DNA of 64,000 nucleotides from NCBI RefSeq assembly GCF_964188315.1, contig NC_135667.1, forward strand, positions 25,606,001 to 25,670,000, written 5' to 3'. Within the stretch, counting starts at the first letter, position 1; every line of letters begins with the position of its first letter. Made by a program: the position numbers and the translations under genes. The notes under the pieces were generated by a model. The model was not told the DNA's origin, did no database searches, and saw only the letters and a list, made by a program, of their open reading frames with translations. This document shows, one piece after another, positions 22,981 through 34,400 of this stretch. This stretch comes from Podarcis muralis. Its lineage: Eukaryota.

Positions 22981-23131
22981 TAATAAAACATCAAACATTA
23001 AAAAAATCCCAATACATGGCTGCCTTAAGATTTCTTCTAAAAGTTGTGTGGTTCTTAATCTCCCTGACATCTGATGGGAGGGCATTCCACAGGGTGAGTG
23101 CTATATACTGATCCCAAATAAAGGCTGCATT

Positions 23132-23187
<56 letters not shown>

Positions 23188-25310
23188 GGTAGCATTTCTC
23201 TATTTGATAAATCTAAGCATTGAATATTCTACAAAATTTGTATTTTGTACGTATGTCAATAGTTGATTTTTACTTTATTTATTTATCTCTAGATTGCTCC
23301 TGAAGAAGAAACTGCAGTTCTCAAAGACATTCAGCTTCAATAAGTATTAATAATTGGCACTTTTGAGAACCAACTACTCCTTTCTTCAATTTTATTTATA
23401 ATAAAGGGAAAATTGAAAGAATATAATTGAACAGCAAATGGACACCATTCATTTCATTTTCATTTATTATATTTCTATGCTGCTTTTCACTCACATGAGT
23501 CACAAAGCAGTTTACATACAATAAATAGTAACAGAGTAGAACATCACAATTGCAACATAAATGATATAAAACAATTGACAAATTATAAATAAAATAAGCA
23601 CTTCTATAAAACACTATTAACAGAACCACTTTAAAAATAGATTGAACAGATAAAACAACCACAAGAAAAGTCATATTATAACATTCACAAAGCATTACAG
23701 TACTTATAATCGACAAAACAATATTTACAACACTAACATACTAACAATGAAAAGCAAACTAAACACTGCTGAATTCATTCATATATATATTGATATGCAT
23801 ATACCTGTGGAAACTTGTAGTTACTTAAGATGATGGCCATCTGCATAGAGTGTTCTGAACTGAATCCCCCAATAACAGACAACACATCTTTTCTGTCACA
23901 CTTGTAATTCGGCATATTCTTTCTCTGCTTGAAAAGTAGATCCAGGATGACCTTGTATGTTCTTATGGAGTTAAATAGGTTGTCATAGATATCGAACCCC
24001 AGTGTGATGTTGGGCAGGAGCCCTGGGTTGTCATTGATCTCATGGATGGCAAAAATCAAGGCAAAGACATGTTGATAACGTTTCAACTTTACGCTGCAAT
24101 GAGGTCGACAGTGAGATTTAGAAACATCAATTAGAGAGAACATAAATTGCAATTAATAGCACAGGTATAAAAGAAGAGCTGTCAGACCTCCTGCTCCTAA
24201 AAGCAAAGCCAAACAAAACAAAACACTCTAGCTTCATAAATGAGGGTTAAGATCAGAAAATAACTGTGAGTCAGGGGAATGTATTTTGAAACAGCATGTG
24301 TGAGTAGAGTTGTTCAATGGAGGGGAAGGAGGAGAATATTTCATTCTAAATCTGGGGCAGATGCAACCAAAATTCAGCACTCTGTCCTTGGGATCAGCTG
24401 GAGTTAAAATTTGTAACAGAAGATTTGTTACAGTAGATGTGGAACTCTCACACTGAGATGGGGGGGAGTGGGGCTGGGCAGGATACTTTCTTCATGAACC
24501 CTGCACTGCTTTCTCTCTCCCACCCCAGTCCCATGCTTATTATGTTTATCATATACAGTCATACCTCGGGTTACAGACACTTTGGGTTGCGTGATTTTGG
24601 GTTGTGCACCGCGCCGAACCCGGAACCACCAGAACGGGTTACTTCTGGGTTTTGGCGCATGTGCAGAAGCACCAAATCGCGCTTTGCGCATGCACAGATG
24701 TGCCAAATTGCAACCTGTGCGTGCGCAAACGCAGCGCTGTGGGTTGCGGACGTGCTTCCTGCATGGATCATGTTCACAACCCGAGTGTCCACTGTAGTAG
24801 GATTACAGTGAACAGGCTCCCCTTCCATTTCTTTAGGAAAACAAGGGGTGGGCTTTTGATCTATAGTTTAATGTGTTTGAGTGGGTAGCTCTTCAAAGAT
24901 CTTTGGCAGCTTCTGGACCTTTAATAAATCTATTACAAGAACAAATTTTAATGCTACAGCTTTCCCATTAACTTCAGTAATACAATATGAAAAGCACTTC
25001 TTGAAGTTCAGCAGTTTAAATTGATAACAAATCTAATACCATCTGGCAAAACTGATTACTAGTAACTACTGTACAAATCTTACACAGCACCATCATGATT
25101 GCTATCAGGAACAGCTGTAAAATTGAGTGAATACTCCAAAGGTTGTATTAGAGAAAGAACGCCACCAATGATTACTTCTCCAGGCTTATACAAATGCTCT
25201 TGGATATTTCTGCATTTTCCTGTCATTTTCGTACAGGTAAAAGGAGGGAGCTGCAGCTGCAACAATAATAGGAACAGCAAGTGCCTGCATGTAAAAACAT
25301 GCCTACCCAT
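17589..25310 (-). CDS. V2R gene 1, vomeronasal type-2 receptor (class C GPCR), intact, 856 aa
   Basis: Exons 25310-25084, 24093-23805, 22541-21732, 20937-20725, 19531-19405 and 18493-17589. All GT/AG, phases consistent, 2571 nt total. Signal peptide, [22 protein letters not shown] cysteine-rich domain, KANN and [16 protein letters not shown]. Confidence 0.92.
19093..19228. mobile_element. 136 bp palindromic hAT-type MITE in V2R-1 intron 5
   Basis: TIR caggcttcctcaacct / aggttgaggcagtctg; perfect 8 bp TSD ctctaacc on both sides. Confidence 0.88.
19712..20088 (-). mobile_element. Sauria SINE (older subfamily)
   Basis: Reverse complement starts gggacgcaggtggcactgtggtctaaacc and ends in a degenerate (accttt)n tail. 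Confidence 0.85.
20281..20345. repeat. Compound (GT)n(GA)n microsatellite
   Basis: Direct reading. Confidence 0.95.
22944..23188. repeat. (CA)n run, decayed minus-strand L2 3' fragment and (TAAA)n run
   Basis: CA run ~22944-22978. ctccctgacatctgatgggagggcattcca resembles the L2 WNALP region. TAAA run ~23134-23188. Confidence 0.7.
24556..24794. mobile_element. Tigger-like MITE, second family, in V2R-1 intron 1
   Basis: TA|cagtcatacctcgggtt ... aacccgagtgtccactg|TA imperfect TIRs; interior differs from the 242 bp family. Confidence 0.75.
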
Positions 25311-25369
25311 GCTACACTTGCATAACATATTGTTTCACCACACTCACAGCAGTAGCAGTAGATAGTACA

Positions 25370-25550
25370 TTTATCCCTATCCTTCTTGCACAGACCACCC
25401 ACCCTGTGTGTCACACTGGAACCAGTTCTCATGTGAGCTCAAAATTTAGACTCCTTATTATAAAAAATCTTATTATTCTTGTTGTTGCAGACTAAGGAAA
25501 TGAATAATAGTGCTTTTCATGATTGCTGAGTAGATAAATACCTCCCTGGT
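25370..25550 (-). promoter_or_regulatory. Candidate V2R proximal promoter blocks conserved in all four paralogs
   Basis: (A/G)GATAAA 51-68 bp upstream of the ATG, and a block aataatagtg..ttt..cat(g/a)att..taaa.a.ctccc (plus strand) at ~25502, ~41845, ~52095 and ~62510. Confidence 0.4.
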
Positions 25551-25647
25551 GTCATATATCCTCTGTTTGTTGGAAATAGAGAAAATATCACCTGCTTCAC
25601 AGTGAGGTTGGCTGAGCACAATTGCTTTCATTTGCAATATTTAGACC

Positions 25648-25750
25648 AGGGATAGGGAGCCTGTGATCTTCCAGATGTTGTTCTCCTACAGCTGCCTACC
25701 TACCATCATCCCTGGTTACTAGCCATGCTGGCTGTGGTTGTTGGAAGGAG
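25648..25750. mobile_element. Decayed palindromic hAT-type MITE upstream of V2R-1; paralogous copy at ~42011-42140 upstream of V2R-2
   Basis: caggga...ccagatg...ccatcatccctg...atgctggctg shared by both loci in homologous flanking sequence. Confidence 0.6.
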
Positions 25751-26221
25751 AAAATGTTATTCCGCAGGAGAAAATATTGTCTATCCCTTATTGAGGGAGA
25801 AATCCTGGGTAGATCACCCCATTTATGCAGGCTGGGAACAGAATGGTTTCTTCTAAATGTCTAGAAAATTTCCTCACATTTGGAATGAATTTAACCATTG
25901 TTTTTGTACATATATGGCATGCCATCAAAACCAGAGGTTTCCTTTAATTCCAATGCCCATAAAGATAAACCAGTGGGAGAAATCATAGTGGGTGAATGGC
26001 AAGGGTAAAATACATAAGAAGGAAGAGGTGCTCATAAAAGCTTACTACAACTTTTGACAGCCCTCTTCGAGACCAAACGTCCCTTTGTGTATAGTCAGGA
26101 AAGTTGTTAAAGCACCCTTTCCAGCTGTGTAGAACCAAATGTTGAAAATGTCCTGGAAGGCCTGTAAACACCACTTTTATACTCAATATAAGCCTGGGAC
26201 TAATTGGTATCTGCTGTGGGA

Positions 26222-26367
26222 ATCATAGAATTGTAGAGATGGAAGGGACCATAAGGGTCATCTAGTTCAACCCCCCCCCCCTGCAATGCAGGAATCTTTT
26301 GCCCAACATGGGGCTCAAACCCACAACCCTGACATTAAGAATCTCGTGCTCTACTGATGGAGATATC
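26222..26367 (-). mobile_element. tRNA(Lys)-derived SINE with a CR1-type 3' tail
   Basis: Minus strand gtagagcacgagattcttaatgtcagggttgtgggtttgagccccatgttgggc resembles tRNA-Lys and is followed by ...cccttccatctctacaattctatgatt, a CR1-like end. Confidence 0.7.
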
Positions 26368-27692
26368 TTCTCCTAGACGTGCATATATTTATCTGCTTGC
26401 TTTGATATATCATTTTTGGTTTGCTTTGATGCTATGCTGAGAGGCACAGACAATACCTATAAAGGCATGTGCCCCATCCTAAGCTGGCCACAACAACCCA
26501 GACATGGAGTTGCTTGGCTGGCAGAAACAGACTGTTACAAATATTAATATTGCACAGTTTGAAGTGACTGGATGCATGAAAACTGACTCCTTTTGGAAAT
26601 GAAACATTGTCCAGACCCATGAAAATCTTATTCAAATTTTACTAGCAGAACTCTTCGGAAACAAAACAGAGTACAGTAAATTATACATCCAAAACACCCT
26701 TACAATGTCTTGTGCTTCCAGCACAGGCTCAGCAGTTTTTGAAATATGAAATAATTCCAGCAGACCTAGGAACAAAGGTCTGTCTCTTCCCAAAACATCC
26801 ATTTTAGCCTAGGTATGTTTTCTCCTTCTCTCAGTCAGAGAGGGTCTTTTGCATGTCCTGACTTCACAAAGCCTTGAGACAAAAGACACAAAAGCAACTA
26901 CATTCAAAATGAAGACTTGCAACCCAATACCTTCATCACATTATCTAAGGTTACAACACTCACATATTAGTTTCCAGAAAACAGCAATCATTAACTCAGC
27001 AAGAGCTCAGGGTGCTCTCCTTCGCTTTAATATAGCCCTATAAAAAATCCCCATCTTAAACTTTTTCACCAATACATATTTTGGCATTCTCATTTCCATG
27101 TCAATTAAACCACTATCCTTTACACAGACTTGACCCTTCTCTCTCTCATCCCTTCATCTTTTTCCATACCCTATTCCCTCCCCTAATCTGCACAATTCAG
27201 TAATTTAACTATTTTCTGCAACCCTAATAGCCATAGGATCATTTTCAGGAAAGTGGCACTGTTGAAAAGCAAAAGGTTAATAACCTTCCCCACCCCAAAC
27301 TTCCCTCCACAGCAGCATTATGAATCAGACAATTTCCAAAGCCCATTTGCTGCATATGGTGGTATTTGTTGAGATGAGGTGAGGGGTACCCCCCCCTTTT
27401 CAGCAAGTAAACTTATAATAAAGTCTCATTTACATGAATTGGACTATCTCCCCTAATATCAGTGCACCCAAGTTAGCCCTTTACTTCCCAGCTGCAACAC
27501 TTAAGAAAATCACTCACATTTTACAGCCAAATTTTCATGTGGGGTGGGGCAGAGGTTTGGAGACCATGGGCCAGATTGGAAGGTACCATTGTTCTAACAT
27601 GGCCCTTGAAACATCCTCACCACTGGTCTATACACGTTTGTGATATACTTTTTATGCCCTTTTTGAATTGCATGACTCATGTGGGGTGGGGT

Positions 27693-28628
27693 TCAACCCC
27701 AGTGCAATGAACTTCTAATTGTGTCCTTCACCTCTTTATTTCTTAGTGTATAGATGAAAGGATTCAGCAATGGAGTCACAACTGTGTTCAAGATGTTGAC
27801 TATTTTGTTCATATCTGAAGACATATTAGATAGTTTGACATAAAGAAAGATAGTGGATCCATACCAAATGAGCACTACAGCAAGATGGGAGGAACAGGTG
27901 GAGAAAGCCTTTTGCTTTCTTTGTGCAGAAGGAATGTGCAGGATGGTATTGATAATGAATATATAGGAAAGAAAGGTGATCACACAGGGACACACAATGA
28001 CAAAAATGGATATAACAAAAGCTGCTATCTCAACCTCAGAGGTGCTGGTGCATGAAATAGCTATCCATGAATCAATGTTGCAGTAGAAGTGATTGATCAC
28101 ATTAGGACCACAGAAAGTCAACCTTGAGATCAAGATGGCTGGTATAAGAATAATGAGGAATGCACACAGCCAAGAGCCAGCTGCCAGCTGCAAAGAAAGC
28201 TGGCTATCCATGATACTGCTGTAACGCAAAGGGTAACATATGGCCAAATATCGGTCATAAGCCATGACAGACAAGAGGAAGTATTCTGTGGACCCTAAGG
28301 CAAACACAAAGTAAAACTGAATGATGCAGTTTGTGAAAGAAATGCTTCTGCCCCTCCCCAGAAAGATGGCAAGACTCTTAGGGATAGAAGCTGTTGTGTA
28401 CCATATTTCTAGGAAGGAGAGATTACATAGGAAGAAGTACATGGGAGTATGGAGACGACGATTTGCTATTACCAGAATGATGATGGCCATATTTCCCAGC
28501 AGTGCCATCACATACATGATAAGAAAGAGCATGAAGATGGACATCTGTAAATACTGAGATCCCGGGAAGCCAAGAAGAATGAATTCCATCAAATTCGTTC
28601 CATTTCTTTCTTTATTCTTCTCTTCCAT
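27693..28628 (-). CDS. OR6F1-like: Olfactory receptor, OR6F1-like, intact, 311 aa
   Basis: ATG at 28628 (MEEKNKERNGTNLMEFILLGFPGSQ) after an acceptor-like cctcccag. NGT sequon, MAYDRYLAIC, KAFSTCSSHL, LIWYGSTIF, NPFIYTLRNKEV. Confidence 0.92.
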   Translation of the reverse strand: MEEKNKERNGTNLMEFILLGFPGSQYLQMSIFMLFLIMYVMALLGNMAIIILVIANRRLHTPMYFFLCNLSFLEIWYTTASIPKSLAIFLGRGRSISFTNCIIQFYFVFALGSTEYFLLSVMAYDRYLAICYPLRYSSIMDSQLSLQLAAGSWLCAFLIILIPAILISRLTFCGPNVINHFYCNIDSWIAISCTSTSEVEIAAFVISIFVIVCPCVITFLSYIFIINTILHIPSAQRKQKAFSTCSSHLAVVLIWYGSTIFLYVKLSNMSSDMNKIVNILNTVVTPLLNPFIYTLRNKEVKDTIRSSLHWG

Positions 28629-30314
28629 AATTTTAACTGCTGGGAGGGGGGAAATCACCCAATTAACACATTGATAATGCACCAAGGATGTGATGAGGAG
28701 TATGCAGACAGAAAAGAGCTACATGACTTGAGACCTTCTGAAGGATCACCTATTGCAATATATGTCTCTTCCTACACTTTGGTCAGATGCAGAAGCCCTC
28801 ATCTGGATGATCTTATCATCTAAAGTAAAGTGGGTTGCTGGGGTGAAAAGGCTCTTCTTGGTTGTGGTGCTAATAGGATACTTGCCCAACACCCTTACTG
28901 ATTTATTTGTTTGTTTGTTACTTCTTTACATTTCCTCCTCTAAACCACATTTCATCTTTCCAAGATCACATGGTGACTTCCAGTTTTCATATTAAAAGAA
29001 CAATAAATCAACAATAAAAGAACCAATTTAAGCCATTTAAACAGTATTTAAAACAACTGTTTAAAAAGTAGAGTTATTTACTATTTGCCATTTCATTTGT
29101 TTGTATCAATATGCCCAAAGTACCACTTTGAATACACAAAGATTTCCATCTACCCATCCATATATACTCTTCTCCCACTTTTACCACTTACCCTTTTTCA
29201 ATTACTATATACAGGTATATATATGGATTTCTTCTCTTATTCTTTCTACTTACACAGTGGAAAACTTGGATAGGTGTGTCCTCTTAAACACATGCTTATA
29301 ACTGAAATGCAGGTAGCTGAATAATTAAAATTGATATTAAAAAACCCCAACAAGATTCCTTTGAGATTTCTTCTCAATTCTGAAAATGTGTTCTAACAGT
29401 TCTTACACAACTAAACCGGGGGGGGGGGGGATCCTTGAAGTCACTTAAAACTTTTTGTATTCTATATCCCTATGGATTAATATTGCTAGGCTCCCACAGA
29501 TCCTTCACTACAGAGAATAATACAGAGGGCCATGACAACACCATAGGATCTGAGATCTAGATAGGTGAATAATGAATATTTATCTCATTAAAATCATAGC
29601 CACCTTGATATTTCACCTTGGCTTTCTAGGATTGGGGAAAAGTACCAAAGGTCACTTAGCTATTTTTTTGTTGTTGTTGTTCTGTTCTCTTGATGTTTTA
29701 TTTGTTGTTATCTTTATCTAGATCTCTCAATATAGAAATTCTAAAAGAGGTCAAGAAAAAGACTGCAGGATATGAAGGAGAGATGTGGCCAATTATAACT
29801 AATATGTCACCAATGGGTAAATCATACCCAACAGAGCGGTCATTTCTTTAATAGTCCTTGATAATTCAATTAGCGTGAATTGTATTGAATTTCTTGGTGC
29901 ACCTTTTGAAACTCTTATATTCCTAACTTCCCAGTTCAATTTGCTTCCTTCATTTAATTAGCACAACTTTTCAGGCACACTGCCACTGCGCGGTCATGTT
30001 AGTAATCCTTCTACTTCTTTGGCTTCAGCCAATCAATTAAAAAGATGGAATGTCAACATCTTTTACATCCAATTTACTGTAAATGCCTTTCTCTTTCCAA
30101 GTACCTAACACAAAGGATGCTGGGAAGAAGGGTAAGAAGAGGCATATAAGAGATAAATCCATAATGAACCTTTGTATAGTTTCAAAATGAGGAGAGAGAG
30201 AGAGCTCTGGTCCATACCCTTCTCTAGTACATTTGCAAGCTTGGAATATGCCTTTGAACTGGGATAATAGTTCCTTTTTAGTTGGATGAAGGGAGGTGGT
30301 GTATGTCCGGACAT

Positions 30315-30681
30315 AAAAGGTAAAGGTAAAGGTACCCCTGCCCGTACGGGCCAGTCTTGCCAGACTCTAGGGTTGTGCACCCATCACACTCAAGAGGCTG
30401 GGGGCCAGCGCTGTCCGGAGACACTTCCGGGTCACGTGGCCAGCGTGATAAAGCTGCATCTGGCGAGCCAGCGCAGCACATGGAAACGCCGTTTACCTTC
30501 CCGCCAGTAAGTGGTCCCTATTTATCTACTTGCACCTGGGGGTGCTTTCGAACTGCTAGGTTGGCAGGCGCTGGGACTGAGCAACGGGAGTGCACCCCGC
30601 CGCGGGGATTCGAACCGCCGACCTTTCGATTGGCAAGCCCTAGGCGCTGAGGCCTTTACCCACAGCGCCACCCGCGTACCC
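30315..30681 (-). mobile_element. Sauria SINE
   Basis: (aaaggt)n tail at left; reverse-complement head gggtacgcgggtggcgctgtggg; imperfect TSD tgtcc(g/a)gacata. Confidence 0.92.
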
Positions 30682-31474
30682 TACTGTCCAGACATATTTA
30701 CCTATATTTACCCACTAGTTCAGTTCACAGTTCAATTTAAGTTCATCCTAATGATCCTCAACATTTCCTTCCATCATTCGGAATATTACAAGCAGTGTCA
30801 AACATACCTGAGTAGATGGTAAGAAGAAGAAAACTCTCACACAGTTGAATGTCAATTACTTAATTTATTTTCCCCGACAATTATGATCTTCAATCACCCA
30901 GCAGAGTTTCTCCCCTGAGAGTTTCAGGCCTCTTGTGACTGATCTACATTTATTTGTATGCACGAGCCCTCCTAACCTTGTAGAATAAAGCTTTTCTCTC
31001 TCTCTTATACATTGGTTATTTGGAATTCAGTTTACTTCACAGAAGACTAATGTAATTTTTTATGAGAATGGTATAAGAAAACTGGCCAGTGTCAGAAGCA
31101 AAAATGGCCAACACTTCCACTATCTCAGTATATTCCCTTTTTTGGTGATCATGAATTTGGTTAGAAAAGACATACAAACACTATAAAACACCAGTATCTA
31201 GCCATCTAACTATGACAGCTGCTGTAAAAGTACAACTTGGTACATTGAGAATGGACAGAACATGGTAGTGGAGTCTTTATCTGATTCCAGAATAATGTGA
31301 TCAGTAAGTCTAACAGCCAAAAGCCAGTTCTGGCATGGTTTACTGGTCCAACTGGCTTAAACTTAAAATTAGTAGCCAATATTAAGCCACAAAGTTAATT
31401 TCCTGCAGTAAACAATAGTATAAAGGTATATGAAATGTACATGTAACAAAATAGAATAAAGAAACACCCCATGT

Positions 31475-34400
31475 TCAATTATTCCTTTTCTCGGTTAGCA
31501 GCTTCTTGGTATTGAGATCAGCCCTGAAAACAATGACGTAACACTTGGGGAAGAAAATGCAAGCCAACAGCCCGGTATTGGAGGCCAAGATAGCAAAAAG
31601 CTCCACAGCCACAATGTGTTTCCCCTTGGTGCTCAGATAACCAGGAATAAAGGAGATCCAAACACTGCAAAACACCAACATGCTGAAGGTGATAAACTTG
31701 GCTTCATTGAAGGTGTCAGGCAAGCTTCTGGCTAAGAAAGCTACAATGAAGCTGAAGAGGGCCAGAAAGCCAATGTAGCCCAAGACACAGTAGAACATGG
31801 TGATGGAACCTTCATTGCATTCCAGTATGATCTTCCCAGTCTGAGAGTAAATGTCAACATCTGGGAATGGTGGAGAGGTCAACAACCATGCAATACAAAT
31901 ACAGACTTGTTTGAGGGAGCAAGAAAGAAGAATGGAAATAGCCACTTTTTGGCCCAGCCATGTCCTCATCCTGTTGCCTGGCTTTGTGGCCAAGAAGGCC
32001 AGGATCACAAGAATTGTTTTTGCCAACACGCAAGAAACAGCCACAGAGAAAATGATGCCAAAAGTCATTTGTCGGAGAAGGCAGGACACCTTCCCAGGTT
32101 TGCCAATGAAGAGCAAACAAGAAAGATAGCACAACAGGATGGCAATGAGAAGAACACAGCTGAGGTTCTGGTTGTTGGCTTTGACAATGGGTGTGTTCCA
32201 ATTCTTTACGAAGGTTTGTAACACAAAACAAGTGATCACAGTAAAGGAAAGAGCAACACTAACCAAAACAATCCCCAAGGGCTCTTGATAGGATAGGAAA
32301 GATATAACCTTAGGGATACAGTGGTCATGGTTCTCATTTGGATAGTGATCTTCTGGGCACTTGACACAAAGAGTTGCATCTGAAAGGTATAAAGAGAATA
32401 TATCATTGAAATAGCACTCTTTGCTTTAAGCAGGAAGGATTAAATCTCATAATGCCTTGTGAATGCTGGACAAAAATGATTCAGTCCAAATGTTTTAATG
32501 AAGGCATCTCAATTCCAAATATATACTAAGCACGGAACAAAGCCTAAAGACAGGAGGGTTACATTCAGTGAGGTACCTCAGGGTGACTTGAAGAAATGAT
32601 CATTAAATAATAATCATCTTTTTGGAGGGGCAATAAGACCTCGCTACTTGCAGTAAGGTAGGGCCCAGGCTTTGGGGCTATATCTTGTCATGCCCTTTGG
32701 AATGGGAAGTGTTTGGCTTTGCCAAGCAGAGTCAGCCCACCATGTCCCTGAGTCACACTGAGCCAGTTGCCTCAGGCAGCAGGCAGGGTACAGCTGGGAG
32801 GGAGGCAGAGTGTCCCTCCCCCCCCCCCACCCATGTTGCCCTAGAGGGAAATGGTGCCTCCACCACTGGCTGGGAAGAGTGGGGCCACTGCTGCCACAGC
32901 CTGTTCCTATCCATCTATTTTTTTTTCTCTCTCCCACCTTCTTCAGCATGCTGGGGCTGATTTATCAGGAAGCAGCAGAGGTGGCAGCAAGGGGCAGATT
33001 TTATGAATAAAATGTTCAAATCATCACTTGTGTCTTGCTTCTTTATTTCTGGGTCTGGTTGCAAAACACAACCGTTTTAAGTTAAGTGTGTCCATTGACA
33101 AAAATATCCTGAAACCTGATTCACCAATAAAGTTCCAATATATTCCCTTGCAATCATGATTCAAAACTCTGAAGGCTGATTCCGGACAGTAGTCCCAGGG
33201 TGGATCTATGCTCAACATTTTTAATGTTAAGGAAGGGTTAAGAAATGGTTTCGATAATGTAGATGAACACATGATGTCCTCCTTTTTACATTCATAATGT
33301 GTTATCACCTTGTCTTTTTATCACTGAATGAACAATTAATTTATGCTGCGATATTGGTAAAACACTGCTCATATGTCCCTATGTAGCATTTTACCTTCAT
33401 TTTTTAAGTTATTGAAAATCCCATCCCCCTCCAGTGGTATTTGAGGGGCACAGAAATCAAAGACAATGGAGGGAGGGAAAGATGGGAGGGAGGAAGAATT
33501 AAAATGTGACATCAGAGGACAAAGCAGAGCAACCAGTGACCAGGAGCAGGGAAAGAAACAACATTTAGGAAAATGGTGTTGCTGGGTATTATTTGAATTA
33601 GATGCAAAAACCAAGTTATAAAACATGTTAATTAAAAAGTATGCCCTGTGATGTTTTAAAACAACATATGTATCATCATTCTAATAATGGGAAATCAATC
33701 AATCAATTTCCTTTATTCGACCGATAGTCAGAAATAAAACATTACACAATAATTATAAACTATAACATCATAAGGTAAAGGTAAAGGTACTCCTGCCCGT
33801 ACGGGCCAGTCTTGCCAGACTCTAGGGTTGTGCGCTCATGTCACTCTATAGGCCGGGAGCCAGCGCTGTCCACAGACACTTCCGGGTCACGTGGCCAGCG
33901 TGACAAAGCTGCATCTGGCGAGCCAGCGCAGCACACGGAACGCTGTTTACCTTCCCGCTGGTAAGCGGTCCCTATTTATCTACTTGCACCCGAAGGTGCT
34001 TTCGAACTGCTAGGTTGGCAGGCGCTGGGACCGAACGACAGGAGCGCACCCCACCACGGGGATTCGAACCGCCGACCTTTCGATCGGCAAGTCCTAGGCG
34101 CTGAGGCTTTAACCCACAGCGCCACCCGTGTCCCACATAACATCATAGGGGTACATAAATAAGGTAGGGCCACAGTACTAGACCTCTCACAGATAACCCA
34201 CATCAAAGCATTCAGTTATACGTTTCCGACACTTGAGTGCCAGGAAAAGGAATTTAGCCACTGACAAAGTTGTTTTCCCAGAAGACTTATTTAGTAGATA
34301 TGCTGTCTGCTTTCCTCTTTGTCGGGAACTGAGCTGGGATAAGTATGGAGTTATAAGATACTGTCTTAAATCGTTGTAGATGGGACAGCTCAGTAAAATG

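Noticed and set aside
26298-26367. Functional tRNA-Lys gene
   Set aside because: The stems and 5' end are degenerate and the sequence is fused to a CR1-type tail, so it is a SINE head.
33024-33308. 94 aa minus-strand ORF in V2R-2 intron 5
   Set aside because: No recognisable motif; length is within chance expectation.
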